The notes: a model not told the origin generated them from the letters alone. A DNA stretch of 64,000 nucleotides from Thermomicrobiales bacterium (GCA_039809985.1 JBDHWC010000003.1:1183-65182), one strand, 5' to 3'; positions 8,843 to 18,614 are shown, numbered from the stretch's first letter. Translations and numbers: made by a program.

Positions 8843-10605
8843 TTCACCGTGACGCTCTTGGCCAGGTTTCGCGGCCGGTCGGGATCGTTGCCGCGGGCCA
8901 GCGCGGCGTGGTAGCCGATCATCTGCGGCACCAGCGCGTTGACGATCGGGGCGGCGGCACCGACCTCCGGCACCGGAACGAAGTCGTCGAACACCGGGTC
9001 GGGCTCGCTGCCGACCCCGATCACCCAGCCGCCCCGGCTGCGCAGTTCGGCCGCTCCCGAGAGGATGTCGGCCCGGGTGTCGTCGGACGGGGCGAAGACG
9101 AGACAAGGGGTGCCGGGCTCCACGAGCGCGATGACGCCGTGCTTCAGCTCCCCGCCGGCGAAGCCCTCGGCGTGGACGTAGCTGACTTCCTTGATCTTCA
9201 ACGCGGCCTCGAGCGCGGCCGGGTAGGCAGGCCCGCGTCCGATCACGAACATGTGGGCCTGCTCGGCGACGCGCCGACCGATGGCGCGCATCCGGGCGAC
9301 GGGAACGTCGAGGAGCTGGGCGGCGATGCCGTTGGCGGCGGCAGTCACCGAGGCGATGCCGGCGTCGTAGTCACCAGCGATCGCATGGGCGATCAGCAAC
9401 TGCGCGGCGATCATGGCGGTGTACGACTTGGTTGCCAGCACGCACTGCTCGGGTCCCGCGTTGAGGTGGACCCGGAGGTCGACCATTCGGTCGAGCGAGG
9501 ATCGCGGCGCGTTGACGAGCGCGGCGAGCGCCGCGCCACGCTTCCGGGCAGCGAGCATCGCTTCCATCACGTCCGCGGTCTCGCCGCTCTGCGAAAGGGC
9601 GACGACCAGCGTGCCGGCATCGACCGGCCCGGCGAGGAACCGGAATTCCGAGGCCGGAACCACGTCCACCCGGAGACCGGCGATGGCCCCGAGCAGGTAC
9701 TGGCCGCTGAGCGCGGCGTTCGCGGCCGTTCCGCAGCCGGTGAGCACCACGCGTCGCGCCGCCTTGGCGCGCTCGGCGAGGCGGGTGATCTGGTCGCGTC
9801 CGTCGCGTGCGAGCCGCAGCAGCACGTCGGGCTGCTCGGCCATCTCCTTGGCCATGTAGTGCGGATGCGGCCCAAGCTCGGTGTTGACGGCGGCCCAGTC
9901 GATGTCGGCGAGGTTGACCGGCAAGGGCGAGAGCGTGGTGCGGTCGTAGAGGGCGAGGCCGTCCTTGCCGATCCTCAGCAGCTGGCCGTCCTCGAGGTAG
10001 AGCAGCCTGCCGGCGTGCGGCATGAGGGCGATCGCGTCCGAGGCGATCACCGTCGCGCCCGGGCCGAGGCCGGCAACCAACGGCGAAACCGACTTGGTGG
10101 CGACGAGTTCGCGGCTGGTGACGTCCATCGCCACGATCGCGTTCAGGCCGGCCAAACGGCCAAAGACCTCGCGCACGGCAAGCACGAGGCCGACCCCGGC
10201 CCCGACCTGCTCCTCCAGCAGGTGGGCGACCACCTCGCTGTCGGTCTCCGAGCGGAACCGGTGGCCGCGACCGACCAGTTCGTCGCGCAGTTCCCGATGG
10301 TTCTCGATGATCCCGTTGTGGATGACGGCGAGGTGGCCGGTGCAGTCAAGGTGCGGGTGCGCGTTGAGGTCGGTGACGCCGCCGTGGGTGGCCCAGCGGG
10401 TGTGGCCGAAGCCGATGTCTGACGGTGGCAGGCCGAGCTCAACGCTGGTGATGCGGCCGGTGCGCTTCTCGACCCGGATCGCGTCGCCGTCGGCGATCGC
10501 CACTCCCCACGAGTCGTAGCCCCGGTACTCGAGCGTGCGAAGGGCGCGCAGGAGGTCGGGCCCGATTTCCGCCTCGGTGCCGACATAGCCGAAGACGCCG
10601 CACAT
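8839..10605 (-). CDS. glmS: Glutamine--fructose-6-phosphate aminotransferase (isomerizing)
   Basis: ORF trimmed to MCGVFGYVG (N-terminal nucleophile Cys2). Two SIS domains. C-terminal end ...NLAKSVTVK. Confidence 0.97.
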   Translation of the reverse strand: MCGVFGYVGTEAEIGPDLLRALRTLEYRGYDSWGVAIADGDAIRVEKRTGRITSVELGLPPSDIGFGHTRWATHGGVTDLNAHPHLDCTGHLAVIHNGIIENHRELRDELVGRGHRFRSETDSEVVAHLLEEQVGAGVGLVLAVREVFGRLAGLNAIVAMDVTSRELVATKSVSPLVAGLGPGATVIASDAIALMPHAGRLLYLEDGQLLRIGKDGLALYDRTTLSPLPVNLADIDWAAVNTELGPHPHYMAKEMAEQPDVLLRLARDGRDQITRLAERAKAARRVVLTGCGTAANAALSGQYLLGAIAGLRVDVVPASEFRFLAGPVDAGTLVVALSQSGETADVMEAMLAARKRGAALAALVNAPRSSLDRMVDLRVHLNAGPEQCVLATKSYTAMIAAQLLIAHAIAGDYDAGIASVTAAANGIAAQLLDVPVARMRAIGRRVAEQAHMFVIGRGPAYPAALEAALKIKEVSYVHAEGFAGGELKHGVIALVEPGTPCLVFAPSDDTRADILSGAAELRSRGGWVIGVGSEPDPVFDDFVPVPEVGAAAPIVNALVPQMIGYHAALARGNDPDRPRNLAKSVTVK

Positions 10606-10714
10606 GGGACACGTCCCCCCTCGACCTGCGTCGACGACGCGGGCCGACATCGCCCGCTCCCGCAGGTCCTCGCGGAACCGTCGGGCTTGGCGCACGATTC
10701 GTTGAACGGGGGAG

Positions 10715-10863
10715 GGAGTGCACGTTGGGCGGCCTTTGTCAGCGAGTCGCCCCGCTGGTTTGCTCCGACCATGACGACCGTGCCTGCCGGGGAGCCACCC
10801 GCCGAATGGTTCGATCGGCTCCCGCCTCGTCAACTCGCGACTGAGCACGAGTCCCGGCGCTTG
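10715..10863 (-). ncRNA. glmS ribozyme (GlcN6P-dependent self-cleaving 5' leader)
   Basis: The minus strand reads A/GCGCCGGGACU..UUGACGAGGCGGGAGCCGAUCGAACCAUUCGGCGGGUGGCUCCCCGGC..CAAACCAGCGGGGCGACUCGCUGACAAAGG. These are the conserved glmS-ribozyme blocks, located directly upstream of glmS. The 3' boundary is approximate. Confidence 0.85.
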
Positions 10864-10895
10864 TGTTGTGTCCGTACCCTCCCGCGTTGTCCCCG

Positions 10896-10924
10896 AGTCT
10901 ACGCCTCGGACGCCCGAAGGGCAA
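10896..10924 (-). promoter_or_regulatory. Candidate glmS promoter
   Basis: Minus strand: TTGCCC (10924-10919), 17-nt spacer, TAGACT (10901-10896). It lies about 35 nt upstream of the ribozyme cleavage site. Confidence 0.55.
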
Positions 10925-10973
10925 CGGGCTTCCTGTACGCTTTGCCCGACCGGCGGCGAGAAGGGCGGGGGCG

Positions 10974-12296
10974 ATGATCGGGCGGTACACCCGGGAGGAG
11001 ATGGGGCGGGTCTGGAGCGAGGCGAACAAGATCGCCTGCTGGCTCCGGGTCGAGGTCGCCGTGTGCGAGGCGTGGCACCGGCGCGGCCGGATTCCGGCCG
11101 AGGCCATGCCGGCGATCCGGGCGGCATCGTGCGATCTCGACCGGATGCGCGAGATCGAGCGCGAGGTCGATCACGACGTGATCGCCTTCCTGCGGGCGAC
11201 CGGCGAGAGCGTCGGCGAGGCGTCCCGCTACATTCACCTCGGGCTGACTTCGTCCGACGTGATCGACACGGCGACGGCCCTGCAGTTCTTCGATGCCGCC
11301 GACCTGCTGCTCACCGGCCTGCGCGAGTTGCGCGAGGCGGTCGGCGTGCAGGCGGTGCGCCACAAGCGGACGCTGATGATCGGGCGGACCCACGGCGTGC
11401 ACGCCGAGCCGACGACCTTCGGTCTCAAGCTCGCGGTCTGGTACGACGAGCTCGGGCGCCAGCTGCTCCGGTTGCAGATCGCGAGCGCGGACGTGCTGGT
11501 CGGCAAGATCTCCGGCGCGGTCGGGACCCACGCCCACGTTTCGCCAGACTTCGAGACGGAGGTGTGCGAAGCCTTGGGCTTGGCCGTCGCGCCTGCGTCG
11601 ACCCAGGTCATCCAGCGCGATCGGCACGCGAACCTCCTCTCCACGATCGCAGTGGTCGGGGCGACGATCGAGAAGATGGCGATCGAGATCCGCCACCTGC
11701 AGCGAACCGAGGTGCGCGAGGCGGAGGAGCCGTTCGACCCCGGCAACCAGGGGTCGTCGGCGATGCCGCACAAGCGAAACCCGCACGCGTCCGAGCGGCT
11801 GACCGGGCTGGCGCGACTGCTGCGAGGCTACGCGCTGGTGGCGCAGGAGAACGTCGCGCTCTGGCACGAGCGCGACATCAGCCACAGCTCAGCCGAGCGG
11901 GTGATCTTTCCCGACGCCTGCATCGTCCTCGACTTCATGCTGGCCGAGGCGAAGGACCTGATCGAGCGGCTGGTCGTCTACCCGGAGCGGATGCTTCGGA
12001 ACCTCGAGTCGACCGCGGGCGCGATCTACTCGCAGCCGGCGATGCTGGCCTTGGTCGATGCTGGGATGGACCGACAGGCGGCGTACAAGATCGTGCAACG
12101 GCTCGCGCTCGACGCGTGGGACCACGGGACCTCGCTGCGGGAGGCCCTCGCCGCCGACCCTGAGGTCAGCGCGCGGGTCGCGCCGGAGGTGCTGGATCGC
12201 GTCTTCGACCCGTTGGAGCAGTTGCACCACGTCGACGCGGTGTTTGACCGCGTCGGCTTGGGCGACGTCGAGGTGGTTCGAGCGTTCGAGGACTGA
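10974..12296 (+). CDS. purB: Adenylosuccinate lyase
   Basis: ORF trimmed to MIGRYTREEMGRVWSE. Contains the fumarate-lyase signature GSSAMPHKRNP. Confidence 0.95.
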   Translation: MIGRYTREEMGRVWSEANKIACWLRVEVAVCEAWHRRGRIPAEAMPAIRAASCDLDRMREIEREVDHDVIAFLRATGESVGEASRYIHLGLTSSDVIDTATALQFFDAADLLLTGLRELREAVGVQAVRHKRTLMIGRTHGVHAEPTTFGLKLAVWYDELGRQLLRLQIASADVLVGKISGAVGTHAHVSPDFETEVCEALGLAVAPASTQVIQRDRHANLLSTIAVVGATIEKMAIEIRHLQRTEVREAEEPFDPGNQGSSAMPHKRNPHASERLTGLARLLRGYALVAQENVALWHERDISHSSAERVIFPDACIVLDFMLAEAKDLIERLVVYPERMLRNLESTAGAIYSQPAMLALVDAGMDRQAAYKIVQRLALDAWDHGTSLREALAADPEVSARVAPEVLDRVFDPLEQLHHVDAVFDRVGLGDVEVVRAFED

Positions 12297-12313
12297 CAGG
12301 CGGGCGGCTCGCG

Positions 12314-12342
12314 TTGACGGTGCGGGAAGCGGACCCTAGAAT
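12314..12342 (+). promoter_or_regulatory. Candidate gcv operon promoter
   Basis: TTGACG (12314-12319), 17-nt spacer, TAGAAT (12337-12342). The gcvT ATG is 66 nt downstream. Confidence 0.6.
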
Positions 12343-12408
12343 CGCCGCCGTCGGGAACCACGCCACGATCGCGGCTCGCGGCGCACGGCGCCGGGGTCGG
12401 GGTGCGAG

Positions 12409-13548
12409 ATGCACGACGAGTCACCCGAGAAGTTGCTGACCACGCCGCTGATGAGCCGGCACGAGGCGCTCGGAGCGCGGATGGTCCCGTTCGCCGGCTG
12501 GCTGATGCCCGTTCAGTACACCGGCATCATCCAGGAGCACCGTGCGGTGCGATCGGCGGCGGGCCTGTTCGACCTGGGTCACATGGGGCAGGTCGACGTG
12601 CACGGGCCGGGTGCGCTCGACTACCTGCAAAACGTCACCACCAACAACGTCGCGCTGATCGAGCCGGGCGGTGCCCAGTACGGGATGCTGCCGAACCCGC
12701 AGGGCGGTGTCATCGACGACATCATCATCTACCGGAACCCCGCCGGCGACGGCTACATGGTGGTCGTCAACGCGTCGAACCGGGCGAAGGACGTGGCGTG
12801 GATGCTGCGGCAACGCGCCGCGAGCGGCCTCGACGTCACGGTCGAGGACATCTCCGACCGGACCGGGATGATCGCCATCCAGGGACCGCTCGCCGAGTCG
12901 ATCGTCCAGCCGCTGACCGCGGTTGACCTTTCTCGACTCGGGGGCTGGACGATCGTCGAAGGGGACGTCGCCGGGGTGCCGTGCCGCATCGCCCGGACCG
13001 GGTACACCGGCGAGGACGGGTTCGAGTTCTACACCCCGATCGACCGGGCCGCGGAACTGTGGGACGCGCTGATCGCCGCGGGCGGCCCGGTCGGGCTGGT
13101 GCCGGTCGGGCTCGGGGCGCGCGACACCCTGCGGCTCGAGGCGCGGATGCCGCTGTACGGCAACGAACTGGGCGAGGACATCTCGCCGCTGGAAGCAGGG
13201 CTCGGCTGGGCCGTCAGCCTCGACAAGGGCGAGTTCGTGGGCGGCGAGCCGATGCGGGCGATGAAGGCGGCCGGCGTGCCGCGCCGCACGGTCGGGTTCC
13301 GGCTGACGGAACGGTCCGGCTCTCCCCGCCACGGCTACGAGGTGCGGGTCGACGGGCGCACGGTCGGCGTGGTGACCAGCGGGGCGATGTCACCGACCCT
13401 CGGCGAGAACATCGGGCTGGCCCTTGTCGACCGAGAGGTGGCCGGGGTCGGCAAGCCGTTGCAGGTCGTGATTCGCGACAAGCCGATCGCGGCCGTGCAA
13501 GTGAAACTGCCCTTCTATCGCCGCGTCACCGTCGGCGACCGCGCGTAA
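12409..13548 (+). CDS. gcvT: Glycine cleavage system T protein (aminomethyltransferase)
   Basis: 379-aa ORF with TPLMSRHEALGARMVPFAGWLMPVQY and GLFDLGHMGQV, typical of GcvT. Confidence 0.95.
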   Translation: MHDESPEKLLTTPLMSRHEALGARMVPFAGWLMPVQYTGIIQEHRAVRSAAGLFDLGHMGQVDVHGPGALDYLQNVTTNNVALIEPGGAQYGMLPNPQGGVIDDIIIYRNPAGDGYMVVVNASNRAKDVAWMLRQRAASGLDVTVEDISDRTGMIAIQGPLAESIVQPLTAVDLSRLGGWTIVEGDVAGVPCRIARTGYTGEDGFEFYTPIDRAAELWDALIAAGGPVGLVPVGLGARDTLRLEARMPLYGNELGEDISPLEAGLGWAVSLDKGEFVGGEPMRAMKAAGVPRRTVGFRLTERSGSPRHGYEVRVDGRTVGVVTSGAMSPTLGENIGLALVDREVAGVGKPLQVVIRDKPIAAVQVKLPFYRRVTVGDRA

Positions 13549-13568
13549 CCGAGCACGAGGAGCACAGG

Positions 13569-13958
13569 ATGGCATCGCCGAACGACCTCCGCTACACGAA
13601 GACGCACGAATGGGTTCGACTTGACGGCGACGTGGCGACGATCGGGATCACCGAGCACGCGGCGACCGAACTTGGCGACATCACCTACCTCGAGCTTCCG
13701 GAAGTGGGAGACAAGGTCTCTTCGAGTTCACCGCTCGGCATTGTCGAGTCGGTGAAGGCCGCCACCGACATCTACTCCCCGGCGGACGGCGAGGTGATCG
13801 AGCGGAACGACGAGGCTGTCGACTCGCCGGACCTGATCAACTCGTCGCCCTACGGCAGTGCTTGGCTGATCAAGGTGCGACTGGAGGACCCGACGCAGGT
13901 CGGGGTGCTGATGGACGCCGCGGCCTACGACAAGTTCGCCGAGGAAACCGGCCACTAA
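13569..13958 (+). CDS. gcvH: Glycine cleavage system H protein
   Basis: MASPNDLRYTKTHEWVRLDG..., with the lipoyl-lysine context VESVKAATD. ATG at 13569 follows GAGGAG. Confidence 0.95.
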   Translation: MASPNDLRYTKTHEWVRLDGDVATIGITEHAATELGDITYLELPEVGDKVSSSSPLGIVESVKAATDIYSPADGEVIERNDEAVDSPDLINSSPYGSAWLIKVRLEDPTQVGVLMDAAAYDKFAEETGH

Positions 13959-14012
13959 CGGCAACCGAGTCTGGGACCCCCGGCGCACAGCCAACGAACG
14001 GACAGCGAGGCG

Positions 14013-15353
14013 ATGACCTTCAATCCCCACACTCCCGAGGACCGCGCGACGATGCTCGCCGCGATCGGGCTGGAGCGCGTCGACGCGTTGTTCGACGTCG
14101 TGCCGGCGTCGGTCCGCAACCCGTCACTCGAACTGCCGCCCGCCCTGACCGAGATGGAGGCCGCGGCGCGGCTGCGGCGCTTGGCGGAAGCCAACTTCGT
14201 CTGCGAGCCGGGGCGCGTCTTCCTCGGGGCAGGGTCGTATCAGCATTTCGTGCCGGCGACGGTCAACCAGATCCTCTCGCGGGGCGAGTTCTACACTGCC
14301 TACACCCCCTACCAGCCCGAGGTGGCGCAAGGCACGCTGCAGACGATCTACGAGTTCCAGACGATGGTGGCGGCACTCTTCGGGATGGAGGTCGCCAACG
14401 CGTCGATGTACGACGGGGCGACGGCGCTGGCCGAGGGCGCGCTGGTCACCGTGTCGAACAGCAAGGGGCGGAAGCGGATCGTCGTCTCCGGCACCGTGAA
14501 CCCGGCGTACCGCGGCGTGCTGCGCACCTACCTGTCCGGCATCGATGTCGAACTGGTCGAACTGCCCGTGCCCAGCGCGGGTTTCGCGGCCACGGCCGAC
14601 GACGTGCGCGACGCGTTGAACGAGCAGACCGCATGCCTCGTCGTCCAGTACCCGAACTTCTTCGGCGGCATCGAGGACGTGCAGGCACTGGCCGGCGCGG
14701 CGCACGACGTCGGCGCGAGCCTGGTGGTGAGCACCTATCCCGTGGCGCTGTCGCTGCTGAAGCCGCCGGGCGAACTCGGGGCGGACGTGGTGACGGCGGA
14801 AGGGCAGTCGCTCGGCGTCGCCCAGAGCTATGGCGGTCCGTACGTCGGCTTGCTGGCGTCGTCGCAGCGCTTCGTGCGGCAACTGCCGGGCCGGCTGGTC
14901 GGGGTGACGCAGGACACGGAGGGGAAGCGCGGCTTCGTGCTGACCCTGCAGACGCGCGAGCAACATATCCGCCGAGAGAAGGCGACGAGCAACATCTGCA
15001 CCAACCAAGGCCTGATGGCGACGGCGGCGACCGTGCACATGGCCACGCTGGGACCGGAGGGGTTCCGCGAGGTGGGGCGCCGGGCCTACGCGAACGCGCA
15101 CGAACTGGCCGAGCGGCTGGGACGGTTGCCGGGATGGGAACTCGCGCTGGACGTGCCGTTCTTCAACGAGTTCGTGATGCGGACGCCGTTGCCTGCTCGC
15201 GAGGTGAACGAGCGCCTCTTGGCCTCGGGCATCGTCGGCGGGTTCGACCTCGGCCGGGTTGACCCGGCGCTCGACCACCACCTGCTGCTCTGCGCCACGG
15301 AGATGAACGACTTGGCGGGGATCGAGGCGTTCGTCGAGGTGGCTGCGGCCTAG
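14013..15353 (+). CDS. gcvPA: Glycine dehydrogenase (decarboxylating) subunit 1
   Basis: 446-aa ORF colinear with the P-protein N-terminal subunit (FLGAGSYQHFVPA, YTPYQPEVAQGTLQ). Confidence 0.93.
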   Translation: MTFNPHTPEDRATMLAAIGLERVDALFDVVPASVRNPSLELPPALTEMEAAARLRRLAEANFVCEPGRVFLGAGSYQHFVPATVNQILSRGEFYTAYTPYQPEVAQGTLQTIYEFQTMVAALFGMEVANASMYDGATALAEGALVTVSNSKGRKRIVVSGTVNPAYRGVLRTYLSGIDVELVELPVPSAGFAATADDVRDALNEQTACLVVQYPNFFGGIEDVQALAGAAHDVGASLVVSTYPVALSLLKPPGELGADVVTAEGQSLGVAQSYGGPYVGLLASSQRFVRQLPGRLVGVTQDTEGKRGFVLTLQTREQHIRREKATSNICTNQGLMATAATVHMATLGPEGFREVGRRAYANAHELAERLGRLPGWELALDVPFFNEFVMRTPLPAREVNERLLASGIVGGFDLGRVDPALDHHLLLCATEMNDLAGIEAFVEVAAA

Positions 15354-15424
15354 CCGCACCGCCAACGAACGCTCCGCGCGGTGAGGCGCGACATCCCTTT
15401 GGTATACTCGCGTGCCGCATGCCA

Positions 15425-15449
15425 CCGGGTGCGTCGTCGACGCACCCGG
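15425..15449 (+). terminator. Strong hairpin after gcvPA (terminator or der leader structure)
   Basis: CCGGGTGCGT-cgtcg-ACGCACCCGG, a 10-bp perfect stem followed by GCATCTTGTTGAAT. A TGGTATACT extended -10-like element lies just upstream at 15400-15408. Confidence 0.4.
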
Positions 15450-15526
15450 GCATCTTGTTGAATCGTCCGAAGCGCCGACCGGCGCACCAGAGACGCGCCT
15501 GAGCCGGCGCGCGAGCGGGAGTTCCC

Positions 15527-16861
15527 GTGCCGAAGCCGATCGTCGCCATCGTCGGACGCCCGAACGTCGGGAAGTCGACCCTCTTCAATCGTCTGGTCGG
15601 GGAGCGCCGCGCCATCGTCGAGGACGAGCCGGGCACCACGCGCGACCGCGTCTACGGCACGACGGAGTGGGGTGGCACCGAATTCACCGTGATCGACACC
15701 GGCGGTCTCCAGGACGAGCGCGAGATGTCCACCGGCTCGATGAAGGAAATCGACCGCCGCACGCGCGAGCAGGCCACCGCTGCCATCGACGAGGCCGACG
15801 TCATCGTCTTCCTCGTCGACGCCAAGACGGGGGTCAACGCCGGGGACCACGAGGTCGCGGACATCCTGCGCCGCACCGACAAGCCGACGATCCTCGCCGC
15901 GAACAAGGCCGACAGCCTGCAACGGCGGGAGTCGGTCGTCGACTTCTACGAGCTGGGCCTCGGGGAGCCGATCGCGATCTCCTCCTACCACGGGTCGGGC
16001 ACCGGCGACCTGCTCGACCGGATCGTCGAGTCGCTGCCGGAGTCGGAGGAGGAACCGGAGTTCGACGGTCCGGCGATCGCGATCGTCGGCCGGCCGAACG
16101 TCGGCAAGAGCCGCCTCCTGAACGCGCTGATCGGGCAGGAGCGGTCGATCGTCAGCGACGTGCCCGGGACCACGCGCGACAGCATCGACAGCCAGATCAC
16201 GTGGGCCGGCGCGCCGATCACGCTGATCGACACCGCGGGCATCCGACGGCGGGGCCGGGTGGAGCAGGGGGTCGAGCAGTTCAGCGTGATCCGCTCGATG
16301 CGGGCCATCGAGCGGGCCGACGTCGTCTTGCTGGTGATCGACGCCACCGAGGACTTCACCGCCCAGGACCTGCACATCGCCGGCTACATCGAGGAACAGA
16401 AGAAGGGGATCGTCGTCGTCGTCAACAAGTGGGACTTGGTCGAGAAGGACGCGAAGACGATGGACGAGTACCGCGCCAAGGCACGCGAGGTGCTCGACTT
16501 CATGCCGTACGCGCCGCTCGTCTTCGTCTCCGCCAAGTTCGGCCAGCGTGTCGGCCAAGTGCTGGAAACCGCCTTGCAGGTTGTCGGCGAACGGCAGCGG
16601 CGCGTGCCGACCTCGGGCCTGAACACGATGCTGCGGGAGGCGGTCGCCGCCCACCCGCCGCCGAGCAAGCCGGGGAAGTGGACGAAGTTCTACTACGTCA
16701 CCCAGGCCGACATCTCGCCGCCGACGTTCGTCTTCTTCTGCAACGACCCGATGGGCATCCACTTCTCCTACCGCCGGTTCCTCGAGAACCGGTTGCGGGA
16801 CCAGTTCGGCTTCGTCGGCACCCCGCTCCGGATGAGCTTCCGCGGCCGCGACGAGAAGTGA
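15527..16861 (+). CDS. der: Ribosome-biogenesis GTPase Der (EngA)
   Basis: Two tandem GTPase domains (GRPNVGKST appears twice) plus a KH-like C-terminus. GTG start. Confidence 0.96.
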   Translation: MPKPIVAIVGRPNVGKSTLFNRLVGERRAIVEDEPGTTRDRVYGTTEWGGTEFTVIDTGGLQDEREMSTGSMKEIDRRTREQATAAIDEADVIVFLVDAKTGVNAGDHEVADILRRTDKPTILAANKADSLQRRESVVDFYELGLGEPIAISSYHGSGTGDLLDRIVESLPESEEEPEFDGPAIAIVGRPNVGKSRLLNALIGQERSIVSDVPGTTRDSIDSQITWAGAPITLIDTAGIRRRGRVEQGVEQFSVIRSMRAIERADVVLLVIDATEDFTAQDLHIAGYIEEQKKGIVVVVNKWDLVEKDAKTMDEYRAKAREVLDFMPYAPLVFVSAKFGQRVGQVLETALQVVGERQRRVPTSGLNTMLREAVAAHPPPSKPGKWTKFYYVTQADISPPTFVFFCNDPMGIHFSYRRFLENRLRDQFGFVGTPLRMSFRGRDEK

Positions 16862-16862
16862 C

Positions 16863-17495
16863 GTGAACGCCGACCTCCGCGGCGTCCTGCTGGTGGTCGT
16901 CGCCTACGCGATCGGCGCGATCCCGTGGGGCGTGGTGCTCGGGCGGATGGTGGGGGGCGTCGACATCCGACGCCTCGGCAGCGGCGGCACCGGCGCGACG
17001 AACGCGCAGCGGATCCTCGGCTGGCGCGTCGGGGTGCCGGTTCTGGTGCTCGATTTCCTGAAAGGGTTCCTGCCGATCCTGGTCGGGGAACGCCTCGGGA
17101 TCGGCGCGTGGTGGCTCGCGCTCGCGGCGGTCGCCGCCGTCGTCGGCCACTGCTGGTCGCCGTACATCGGCTTCACCGGCGGCAAGGGCGTGGCGACCGC
17201 CGCCGGCGCGGCGACCGCCCTCTGTCCGCAGGTGCTGGCGGTCGTGCCGGTGGTTGCCGTCGTGGTGGCGGTCACCCGCTACGTGTCGCTCGGATCGTTG
17301 ACCGCGTGCGTGCTGGCGACGATCGGGACCGCGTGGCTGGCCGCCTCCGGCCGGGTCGGCTGGAGCGTCCCGGCCGCGATCGCGGCCATGTCCGCGATCG
17401 TCTTCCTTCGCCATGAGGGGAATATCCGGCGGCTCGCGGGCGGCACGGAGCGACGGCTCGGGGAGCGGGTGAAGACGGGCGGTTCGTCCGGCTGA
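16863..17495 (+). CDS. plsY: Glycerol-3-phosphate acyltransferase PlsY
   Basis: 210-aa polytopic protein with DIRRLGSGGTGATNAQR and LDFLKGFLP motifs. GTG start 1 nt after the der stop. Confidence 0.93.
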   Translation: MNADLRGVLLVVVAYAIGAIPWGVVLGRMVGGVDIRRLGSGGTGATNAQRILGWRVGVPVLVLDFLKGFLPILVGERLGIGAWWLALAAVAAVVGHCWSPYIGFTGGKGVATAAGAATALCPQVLAVVPVVAVVVAVTRYVSLGSLTACVLATIGTAWLAASGRVGWSVPAAIAAMSAIVFLRHEGNIRRLAGGTERRLGERVKTGGSSG

Positions 17496-17499
17496 CGCC

Positions 17500-18492
17500 T
17501 CACCGGCTCGCGGGGGTGCCGGCGTACCCTCCCGGGTGCTCTTGCATCCAGGCCCACGCGCTGCCGACCATCTCGGGCAGGTTCGACCGGTCGGGTTGCC
17601 AGCCCAAGAGTTCGCGGGCTCGGCTCGCGTCGGCGAGCAGGGCCGGGGGATCGCCGGGTCGGCGCGGCTTGAGATTGGTCGGCACCGGCTTGCCCGTCAC
17701 CGCCTCCGCCGCGTCGAGCACCTCGCGCACCGAGAAGCCGGCGGCGGTGCCGAGGTTGAGCGGCCCGATGTTGGCGTCGAGCAACGGGAGCGCGGCGACG
17801 TGGGCGTCGGCCAGGTCCTCGACGTGGACGTAGTCGCGGACGGCGGTGCCGTCGTGAGTCGGATAGTCGGTGCCGTAGAGGTCGAATGCCGGTCGCCGAC
17901 CTTGGGCCGTGAGCAGGATCGACGGGATCAGGTGCGTCTCGGGTCGGTGGTCTTCCCCGAGCCGGCCGCGCGCGCCGGCGACGTTGAAGTAGCGGAACGC
18001 GACGAAGTTGGTGCCGTAGGCCGCGTGGTGCGCCTCGAGCACGTGCTCGACCATCAGCTTCGATTGGCCGTAGGGGTTGACGGGCCGCTTGTCGGCATCC
18101 TCCGGGATCGGCAGTGCCTTCGGCTCGCCGTAGACCGCGGCCGTGGACGAGGCCACCACCCGCCCGACGTCGTGGGCCCGAGCCGCCTCGAGCAGGGTGA
18201 TCGTGCCGCCGACGTTGACGTCGAAATAGGGGCCGGGGTCGCGAACCGACTCGGGGACCAGCGTCAGCGCGGCGAAGTGCATGACGGCGTCGGGTCGGAA
18301 CCCGGCGAACACCGCGTCGAGCCGGGCCCGATCGCGAAGATCGACCTCGTGCAGCGCGGTTCGTCCGTCGACGGCCTCGCGGTTGCCGCGGAACAGGCTG
18401 TCGACCACGGCCACCTCGTGGCCGCGCTCGAGCAGCACGTCGACGACCACGCTGCCGATGTACCCTGCGCCTCCTGTCACCAGCACCCGCAT
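17500..18492 (-). CDS. galE: UDP-glucose 4-epimerase
   Basis: ORF trimmed to [14 protein letters not shown] (Rossmann motif). Short-chain dehydrogenase/epimerase over its full length. Confidence 0.92.
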   Translation of the reverse strand: MRVLVTGGAGYIGSVVVDVLLERGHEVAVVDSLFRGNREAVDGRTALHEVDLRDRARLDAVFAGFRPDAVMHFAALTLVPESVRDPGPYFDVNVGGTITLLEAARAHDVGRVVASSTAAVYGEPKALPIPEDADKRPVNPYGQSKLMVEHVLEAHHAAYGTNFVAFRYFNVAGARGRLGEDHRPETHLIPSILLTAQGRRPAFDLYGTDYPTHDGTAVRDYVHVEDLADAHVAALPLLDANIGPLNLGTAAGFSVREVLDAAEAVTGKPVPTNLKPRRPGDPPALLADASRARELLGWQPDRSNLPEMVGSAWAWMQEHPGGYAGTPASR

Positions 18493-18614
18493 GCCGCTGC
18501 CCCTCCAGGTCGTGCCGTCGCACGTGGCAATCGCCGCGCCCGTTGGCCATAATCGGACCAACTAGCGGCGGACGGCAACCGGCGGCGCCGCCTCGTGTCG
18601 GGAAGGTGGTTGCG

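Noticed and set aside
8839-11127. Long N-terminal extensions in the ORF track: glmS 762 aa, and also polX 723 aa, tatD 385 aa, mgtE 618 aa, lysA 554 aa, purB 477 aa, rluB 495 aa, and others.
   Set aside because: The extensions are Arg/Pro-rich, overlap neighbouring genes or the ribozyme, and precede canonical family N-termini (for example MCGVFGY). Those N-termini have their own Shine-Dalgarno or ATGA/GTGA coupling.
12297-12408. Possible glycine riboswitch upstream of gcvT.
   Set aside because: A good TTGACG-17-TAGAAT promoter leaves only about 60 nt of leader, too short for even one aptamer. The conserved GGAGAG...ACCGAAGGGGCAA...CUCAGGCA blocks are absent.
18493-18614. Possible ZTP (pfl) or THF riboswitch upstream of glyA; ACUAGCGGCGGACGG...CCGCCUCGUG loosely recalls ACUGGCG...CCGCCUGGGC.
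   Set aside because: The match is weak, the spacing is too short for the two-subdomain ZTP fold, and the leader after the CATAAT -10-like hexamer is only about 60 nt. A cmsearch would be needed to revive this.
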